From Candidatus Latescibacterota bacterium (GTDB taxonomy: Bacteria > Latescibacterota > UBA2968 > UBA8231), in assembly GCA_965197905.1 (NCBI GenBank), contig CBDAOB010000004.1:672001-736000 (forward strand): 64,000 nucleotides of DNA, in the 5' to 3' direction. The notes beneath the pieces are model-generated. The model searched no databases, was not told the origin of the DNA, and was given only the letters and a program-made list of their open reading frames with translations. The first letter of the stretch is position 1. Every line of letters starts with the position of its first letter. A program made the translations under genes and the position numbers. Below, piece by piece: positions 57,824 to 64,000 of this stretch.

Positions 57824-59257
57824 TCAGATCGCTGGATCGGTAAGCCAGCCGCACTCCATGCCCATGATCTCGGCGCTCTTTTCCAGCTCAGCGTCGATGC
57901 GGGCATGGATCAGACCGAAGTGATGGCAGACGCCCATATCGGAAATCCTGCGGAAGTAGCTGTTCAACGGGATGTTGGGCTGGAAGACGGTATGCTCGTA
58001 ATGCACATCCAGTGGGTCGATGTCGACCGACTCGCCGCATGCCAACCGCATCTCGTACGCGTGCGGGCCGCGAAAGAAAGTAAGCAGGGTGCAGACTCCC
58101 GGCGCGGTTATGAACTCCGGCACGACACCGAAATGGGGCGCATCTGGAATGCCGTCCCAGTTGATGTACTGGTTGTTGCGCAGCTTGGGCTTGGTTCCCG
58201 ACTTGGCCATGTTAAACCCGGCTGAACCCCCTTCGTGTCCGCCGAGGACCCAGTTCTTCTCTTCGTCGAACGCCAGGTGCTCCCAGAAGTGTACCGGCTT
58301 TTCTTCGATATCCCGCATCAGCAAACCACCGACACTCACCGCCAGGTCTCCTTCGCTGCTGACGACGACCCCCTTGTCTATAAGGCGCGACATACCGACG
58401 CAAGGCATAGCCCCGGACAACGGTATCATTCCTCCTGAAAAGTCGATCGCCAGCGCATCGATCTCCTTTTCTGCCACCAGCCGCTCAAGGGCGAGCGCCA
58501 GGCGAGCACTCAACTCGACCTCCTCCCTTGGGGGTTCCACCACCTCGCAGTCGTTGAACAACTGGCGGACGAGCTCCTCACAGTCGTTGTCGCTGACGCT
58601 CTCCATCTCGCGTACCAGCTGGATGATGTAGAGGAAATCGATCTCGATCCCGGTCTGACCCATCATCTTGGCTTCATCCGGATACGTATCGTACATAGGT
58701 ACGCCGATGCAGCGGTGCGGCAGCACACCCACCCGTTTCCCCTTCAGATTCTTCACTGCGCGCGCCGCCCGTGCGTATTGGCGAATCTGATTTAATGGAG
58801 CGGAGTCGCCTATCCCTCCAAAAACAAATCCGAACTTCCAGTCCGGCTTGACCCGTTTTAGCGATCCTGAAATCTGAACCGCGCTGTTGTTGCCCCAGGA
58901 GCGGCCGGCGTCCACCAGGTTTTCGATATCGAGGAAGCTGCGGAACCCCTGGGAGTGAAACAGTACGGAAAAGATATCGCCGATCTCCTCCATCATGGCG
59001 ATGGTCATGGCATCATCCACATAGGTGGCATGGTACATCAACACCATGTCAACGTTTTCTCGTCGGAAGATCTGGCCGACGCTGCGGGACGCCTCGACAT
59101 TGCCGACGAGATCGAGGTACACCACATCGAACTCGTCGCCCAGATCCGCTGCGAGTTTTTTCGCATCGGCGTCGAGAACACTGGGAAGTTCCTGCATCCC
59201 AGCTTCTGTCCAGTACTGCTCGATGCCACCGGCGAAGAGCCCGATTTTGGGTTTCAC
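57824..59257 (-). CDS. L-arabinose / L-fucose isomerase family protein
   Basis: SEGDL, HFWE..GGHEG, CHHFGL; GTG start with SD GGAG. Confidence 0.75.
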   Translation of the reverse strand: MKPKIGLFAGGIEQYWTEAGMQELPSVLDADAKKLAADLGDEFDVVYLDLVGNVEASRSVGQIFRRENVDMVLMYHATYVDDAMTIAMMEEIGDIFSVLFHSQGFRSFLDIENLVDAGRSWGNNSAVQISGSLKRVKPDWKFGFVFGGIGDSAPLNQIRQYARAARAVKNLKGKRVGVLPHRCIGVPMYDTYPDEAKMMGQTGIEIDFLYIIQLVREMESVSDNDCEELVRQLFNDCEVVEPPREEVELSARLALALERLVAEKEIDALAIDFSGGMIPLSGAMPCVGMSRLIDKGVVVSSEGDLAVSVGGLLMRDIEEKPVHFWEHLAFDEEKNWVLGGHEGGSAGFNMAKSGTKPKLRNNQYINWDGIPDAPHFGVVPEFITAPGVCTLLTFFRGPHAYEMRLACGESVDIDPLDVHYEHTVFQPNIPLNSYFRRISDMGVCHHFGLIHARIDAELEKSAEIMGMECGWLTDPAI

Positions 59258-59288
59258 GGCAGATCTCCAGACTCGGGATATATCATTG

Positions 59289-60260
59289 CTAACCACCCGG
59301 TGTGAAGCGCTCGACCGAGTTCTCGACCGGTGCAACGGTATGCAGGTAGGCGTAGATCGCCTGGAGGTCCCGGTCGCGCATCCCTGCCAACATCGTCCAC
59401 GGCATAACCGTTTGGAACCCTACCTCGGATACGGGGATATGTTGGCCGCTGGAATCGGCATAGCTCTTGAAACGCTCGACAAACGCCTTCTTGGTCCAGG
59501 ATCCGATCCCGGTCTTCTTGTCAGGCGTAATGTTGGAGGAACGCACGACCCCCATGCCGGGCAGCACGAACTCGTGGCCGCCGGCCAGGTTCTTTCCCGC
59601 AACCGGAACACCCTGTTCCATCGGCGTGTGGCAGAACAAACAACCGGCAATGCGCGCAAGGTATTTGCCGCTTGCCGCCTTGTCCTTCGGGTTGGGAAGT
59701 CGCTGAGGTTCGGCATCCCGCGGCAAGGTACGAAAGATCAGATTCAACGGAAAGTCGATGGTCGTTTCGGGGACCTCGTTGGCAATCGGCTTCAACCCGC
59801 GCGTGTAGAACACGATGGCCATTGCGTCTTCCTTATCGAGATAGCGGTATTCGCTATATGGCATCATCGGCGCCAGCGGTTCGCCCTCCTTGTCTACTCC
59901 GACGGTAATAGCGCGCAGAACGTGCTCATCCCGCCACCCGCTCAACCCCCATCTTGTGATGTTGGAAGCGTAGACCTCGCCGGGCACACCGGGAATCTGC
60001 TGCCCGCCCTTGCCTTCGGTTCCCTTTACGATGGGACCACTGAAATACTCCTGCTGCTTGTCCGCATGGCAATCCATGCACAAGGTGACATGATTAACTA
60101 AATACTTGCCGCGCTCGTACATCTCCGTCCCACCGGCCAGTGACAGTTTCTTCGCGGACGACACGCGGGGGTGTAGACCGTAGAAATAGACCAGGCCTCC
60201 GCCTACGATCAGGATCAGCAGACCGGCTATGCCCTTCAAAACGAGGTATCGTTTGTTCAT
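59289..60260 (-). CDS. Membrane-anchored diheme cytochrome c
   Basis: N-terminal TM helix; CMDCH and CLFCH; NIT..G..W, MP motifs. Confidence 0.9.
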   Translation of the reverse strand: MNKRYLVLKGIAGLLILIVGGGLVYFYGLHPRVSSAKKLSLAGGTEMYERGKYLVNHVTLCMDCHADKQQEYFSGPIVKGTEGKGGQQIPGVPGEVYASNITRWGLSGWRDEHVLRAITVGVDKEGEPLAPMMPYSEYRYLDKEDAMAIVFYTRGLKPIANEVPETTIDFPLNLIFRTLPRDAEPQRLPNPKDKAASGKYLARIAGCLFCHTPMEQGVPVAGKNLAGGHEFVLPGMGVVRSSNITPDKKTGIGSWTKKAFVERFKSYADSSGQHIPVSEVGFQTVMPWTMLAGMRDRDLQAIYAYLHTVAPVENSVERFTPGG

Positions 60261-60324
60261 TTTCTATTTCCCTGCTAGTGACGGCTACCGCGCGCCGCGA
60301 ATGGACAGACCTCCAATCTCGACT

Positions 60325-61092
60325 TCAATCCTTTTCGGGTTTGAACGCCGGCTCTCTCTTGTCGATGAAGTCCTGGAGATTCTGCTGGTATACTTCCGAA
60401 GACTCGTAGCGTGCGGCGATCTTTTTCGATTGTGCGAGCGCTTCGTTCAACGGCAGTTGGCGACCCGCCTCGATCGATTCTTTGAGCGTGCGGATGGAGT
60501 CCGGTGAGCTTTCGCACAGAACCTCGGCCACCCTGGTTGCCTCTGACAACAGCAACTCCGGCGGCACCACCTTCAGACAGAGTCCAAGGCGATACGCCTC
60601 GTACGCTTCAATGAACTCGCCAGAGAAAAGATACCACTGTGCCAACCCGGGGATGAGCCGCGGCAGACGCTGGGGACCTCCTATAGAAATGATGCCGATC
60701 TTCGCCTGTGGATATCCGAGCTTGGCATTCTCCGACAGAACCACCATATCGCAAGCCAGCGCCTGGCTGCATCCACCTCCCAGAGCATAGCCGCCAACAG
60801 CGGCAATGGTCGGCTTGAGCAGCTTCACGTCGCCGTAATGTATGGCAGGGGGTTCCGAGGCAAGAGACTCGGTCGCTTTGAGATTGTGCCCGCCGCAAAA
60901 ATTTTTGCCCTCGCCGTAGAGAATGGCAGCCCGAAGATTGTCGTCCTCGTTGTAGTCCATCCAGACGGTGTGGAGCTCGTTCAGTGTGGTGTTGGTATAG
61001 GTATTCAGGGGGTCGCCGGTATCAAGACTCACGTAGGCGATCATACCCTTCTTTTCATATCTGATCTGGGTCAGATTGAGATCTTTGGCCAT
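60325..61092 (-). CDS. Enoyl-CoA hydratase/isomerase family protein
   Basis: FCGGHNL, KPTIAAVGGYALGGG, ACD; the usual catalytic Glu positions read GGCSQ and YPQ. Confidence 0.85.
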   Translation of the reverse strand: MAKDLNLTQIRYEKKGMIAYVSLDTGDPLNTYTNTTLNELHTVWMDYNEDDNLRAAILYGEGKNFCGGHNLKATESLASEPPAIHYGDVKLLKPTIAAVGGYALGGGCSQALACDMVVLSENAKLGYPQAKIGIISIGGPQRLPRLIPGLAQWYLFSGEFIEAYEAYRLGLCLKVVPPELLLSEATRVAEVLCESSPDSIRTLKESIEAGRQLPLNEALAQSKKIAARYESSEVYQQNLQDFIDKREPAFKPEKD

Positions 61093-61257
61093 CTATTGCC
61101 TTCTGCCGGTCGGAGGGGGTTGATGGCAACGCAACTCCTGAACCGGCAACGGATTGGGAGATGAATTCAGTTTTTCGTGAATTCCCCGCTGCCTGGATGG
61201 CTGCGGGGAGCAGAAGATACTGAGCGCTGGAGAAACCCTCAATAGGTGGGTTGGGGG

Positions 61258-61503
61258 TCAGGAAATTGAACCGGTCGCCGGAGGCGCGATTTCAAGCCCG
61301 ATTACTCGCCCTTGCTGATCGAGCTCCAGCCGGACCGATTCGAAGGTAATCTTCACCGATCCCCGTCTTTTTTGTAGATAGACGGTGTAAGGGGAACCTG
61401 GCAGGATGTCGGCAAACTTGGCAAAAGGCAGCCACCCGGACATCTGATTCATCAGAACCTCTTTATTTTCAAATACAAAGTCGCCCCACTCCGCGGCTTC
61501 CAT
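61258..61503 (-). CDS. Small hypothetical protein with DUF2283-like C-terminus
   Basis: SD GGGAGG; ELDQQGRVIGLEI. Confidence 0.5.
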   Translation of the reverse strand: MEAAEWGDFVFENKEVLMNQMSGWLPFAKFADILPGSPYTVYLQKRRGSVKITFESVRLELDQQGRVIGLEIAPPATGSIS

Positions 61504-61648
61504 GCATCCTCCCTGCAGTGCCGGTGTGCTGCCCGTTATGAAAGTGGGTGAAACAAACTTTTACTAACGTGATCCGAATCACAGTAGTTTTCAGTTTGTT
61601 ACCGATATTTAGGACGCACCCTATTGTCAACCGAGGGGATGGTATGCC

Positions 61649-62500
61649 ATGAATTCGCCAAAGCACGAAGCGAGCATCGAGCAGTATTTCAAGGATATCG
61701 AAGATTCGTCGGGACTTTCGCAGCAGGTGGAGAAGGAACTGTCCCAGCGAATCCGCTCGGGCGACGAAGGCGCGCTCTCCACGCTGATCGAGGCGAATCT
61801 GCGCTTCGTGGTTTCGGTAGCCAGACAGTTTCAGGGCAAAGGATTGCCCCTTTCCGACCTGATCGGGGCCGGTAATCTAGGCTTGATCATCGCCGCCACC
61901 CGTTTCGACGGCGAGCGCGGCTTCAAGTTTATCTCTTACGCCGTCTGGTGGATTCGGCAGTCGATCATGCAGTCGTTGAAAGACCAGTCGAGTCTGGTGC
62001 GGCTGCCGTTCAATCAGATCAACGAGATCGGCCGCGTTAACGGCGCCATTAGGAACCTGGAACAGCTCCTGCATCGGCGCCCTTCGCTGGTGGAAATCGC
62101 TGAAGAGCTGGGCATCGAAAGGAAGCAGGTCGAGCGACTGCTCCAGATCATGCAGACCCCGGTCTCGTTGGAGACGCCGGATGTCAACGATACGCCAGAC
62201 TATCGCCTGGAGAAGCTGATCCAAGAGGATCCGACGGTAGACCTAGAAGAGGAACAGGTTCAGAAGGAGCTAAAACGGGAACTGTCCAATGCGCTGAATT
62301 CCCTCACGAATATGGAAAACAGTGTCGTGTGTATGTACTACGGCCTCGATCGGATCAAGGCCATGACCTTGGAAGAGATCGGCGAGCACTTCGGCAAGTC
62401 GCGGGAGCGGATCCGCCAGATAAAGGAACGTGCGCTATGCCGTCTCAAACATCCGGCGCGAAGCGAGGTTCTCAGAGAGTTTGCTTTGGTGGGAGAGTGA
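61649..62500 (+). CDS. RpoD/SigA-family sigma factor lacking region 1.1
   Basis: ANLRFVVSVA, DLIGAGNLGL, GFKFISYAVWWIRQ, TLEEIG..SRERIRQI. Confidence 0.92.
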   Translation: MNSPKHEASIEQYFKDIEDSSGLSQQVEKELSQRIRSGDEGALSTLIEANLRFVVSVARQFQGKGLPLSDLIGAGNLGLIIAATRFDGERGFKFISYAVWWIRQSIMQSLKDQSSLVRLPFNQINEIGRVNGAIRNLEQLLHRRPSLVEIAEELGIERKQVERLLQIMQTPVSLETPDVNDTPDYRLEKLIQEDPTVDLEEEQVQKELKRELSNALNSLTNMENSVVCMYYGLDRIKAMTLEEIGEHFGKSRERIRQIKERALCRLKHPARSEVLREFALVGE

Positions 62501-62510
62501 CTCTGCTACA

Positions 62511-62975
62511 TCAGTCGAACAATCCGACACAACATTTCTTGTATTTCTTGCCACTGCCGCACGGACACGGATCGTTTCTGCCAACCGGAGAAAAGCGTTT
62601 CCTAACGGTTTCGCCGCGCACCGAGCCGTCCGCTCTGAACCCTTCCTGAAATTCGACCTCACTTTCGTCGAGAGCACTCGACCAGTCGCCGGCTCCGGGC
62701 ATCTTGCCGCTGGTGTCCAGATACGTGAAGAAGGCGCGTAGGAGATCGGGGATCGAGCGCCGTACCTCCAGCGGAAGATCGAGGCGGGCGACGGCGCGCA
62801 GGGACTCGCGCATATCCTCCGCCACCGATTCCTCGATCTGTTCGCCCCAGAATGACAGCAGAGATTCAGCGTGGGGCTTCAACGCATCGTCGACGAAGCG
62901 GAAATGCTCCGAGGTGCAGTACTCCTGTACCGCTTGGCTAATACCGTTCAAAGTTTCCCGCTCGGAACGGGGCAC
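62511..62975 (-). CDS. SEC-C metal-binding motif protein
   Basis: C-terminal [19 protein letters not shown]. Confidence 0.85.
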   Translation of the reverse strand: MPRSERETLNGISQAVQEYCTSEHFRFVDDALKPHAESLLSFWGEQIEESVAEDMRESLRAVARLDLPLEVRRSIPDLLRAFFTYLDTSGKMPGAGDWSSALDESEVEFQEGFRADGSVRGETVRKRFSPVGRNDPCPCGSGKKYKKCCVGLFD

Positions 62976-62977
62976 GA

Positions 62978-63529
62978 TCAGTCGACGATCTTGGTGGCGC
63001 GCAGGATATCCTCGTCGGTAAAAACATCTGCCTCGTCCGTGCTGCTGGTGGAGAACTCCGATACCACCGCCCCTTCATCGCCCGATTGGAACCAATGCCA
63101 CGTATCGGGAGAAAGGGTGTACTGATCGCCCGGCTTTAACACGATCTCGTGAAAGATGTTATAGGTGTGTTCGCGGCCGGCGGGCGGTTTGGCCTGCGGG
63201 TCTGCAGCGGGATCGCCTGGAACGTAGAGATAAACGGTGCCCCAGCGGCAGCGAAACGTCTCCTCTTTCCCGGGTTTGCCGGCGATGGTGGGGTGCAGGT
63301 GTTGCGGGCAGGTCTGACGTGGCCACATTGCCAGCTCCTTCGCGCAGCAGCGCTCTGTATTGACGTAGATAAGAACCCCGAGTCCGGTCTGTTCGAACTG
63401 ATTCAGATTGAAATCGGCGATCTCGATCTGCGACCTCTCAGGTGACTGAACAAAGATACCGGCGTTTAGGAACATCTCCGCCGCCTTTCCCTGGTAGGCA
63501 TGCACCTGGTCTTTGGTCAGCATGTTCAT
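62978..63529 (-). CDS. D-lyxose/D-mannose family sugar isomerase (cupin)
   Basis: [39 protein letters not shown]. Confidence 0.88.
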   Translation of the reverse strand: MNMLTKDQVHAYQGKAAEMFLNAGIFVQSPERSQIEIADFNLNQFEQTGLGVLIYVNTERCCAKELAMWPRQTCPQHLHPTIAGKPGKEETFRCRWGTVYLYVPGDPAADPQAKPPAGREHTYNIFHEIVLKPGDQYTLSPDTWHWFQSGDEGAVVSEFSTSSTDEADVFTDEDILRATKIVD

Positions 63530-63542
63530 CCACTCCTTTCTC

Positions 63543-64000
63543 CTAATCGTAATTCACGAGTTGGCGCACGGCATTGACGATTCGCTCGGTGTCCGGCCGG
63601 TATGCGTTCTCGAGGACCGGCGCAAACGGCACCGGCACATCTGGAGAAGCGACCCTAGTGATCGGTGCCATGAGACTCTCGCCGCATTCCTCCATGAGGC
63701 CGGCGGCCAGTTCGGCGCTGACACCACCGGTCTTCGGCCCTTCTTCCACGATTACCACATGCCCGGTCTTGCGCACCGATTCACCTATGGTGTCGTAGTC
63801 GAACGGCGACAGGGAGCGGACGTCGATCACTTCGGCTTCGATGCCTTCGGCGGCGAGAATATCGGCGGCGGCGGCGGCGAAATGGGCCATCAGCAACCAG
63901 GCGAGAATGGTCACCTGGCCCCCTTCTCGCCGCACCGCCGCCTCGTGCAGTGGCACCACATAGTCCTCTTCGGGCACTTCGCTGCTTCCGTCGACGGTTC
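63543..64000 (-). CDS. 2-oxoacid dehydrogenase E1 beta subunit, C-terminal part
   Basis: EVIDVRSLSPFD, SVRKTG, RVASPDVPVPF; truncated by the window edge. Confidence 0.88.
   Translation of the reverse strand, partial: TVDGSSEVPEEDYVVPLHEAAVRREGGQVTILAWLLMAHFAAAAADILAAEGIEAEVIDVRSLSPFDYDTIGESVRKTGHVVIVEEGPKTGGVSAELAAGLMEECGESLMAPITRVASPDVPVPFAPVLENAYRPDTERIVNAVRQLVNYD

Noticed and set aside
1..64000. CRISPR arrays, tRNA/rRNA genes, prophage or integrase
   Set aside because: No regularly spaced repeats, cloverleaf or rRNA-like segments, or phage/integrase ORFs recognised by eye; a covariance-model scan would be needed to exclude small RNAs.

Overview
A GC-rich bacterial chromosomal window from a diderm organism (lipoprotein, PpiD, beta-barrel OMPs and a short SigA-type sigma are compatible with an FCB-related lineage; this is inference only). 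Most of it is housekeeping: an ilvC-leuACDB-cimA-argJ-aspC-accA run, an ndk-yceD-rpmF-fabHDGZ-acpP-fabF-rnc run, oppDF, ppiD, nadK, prpD, rlmI and sugar/oxidoreductase genes. The main accessory element is a tightly coupled 9.2-kb cluster (1218-10380). It encodes a HlyD-type adaptor, an ABC exporter without a C39 domain, a 119-aa Ser/Thr/Gly-rich putative precursor, a CPBP protease, a cytoplasmic S8 peptidase-DUF1611 fusion, a stand-alone ACP, and a BtrH-like/PCP/epimerisation-type condensation protein. There is no adenylation domain. It looks like a hybrid RiPP / carrier-protein acylation system. Also read directly from the sequence: a 475-bp defective IS200 that cleanly splits an outer-membrane protein gene, an unannotated Leu/Ile-rich leader peptide with hairpin and sigma70 promoter upstream of ilvC, a 46-aa sORF with alternative pairings before leuA, a CTAG-bounded MITE-like element, a YchF paralog lacking its P-loop, and two single-base frameshifts. 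I found no rRNA, tRNA or CRISPR array. All family assignments come from motif recognition, not database searches.
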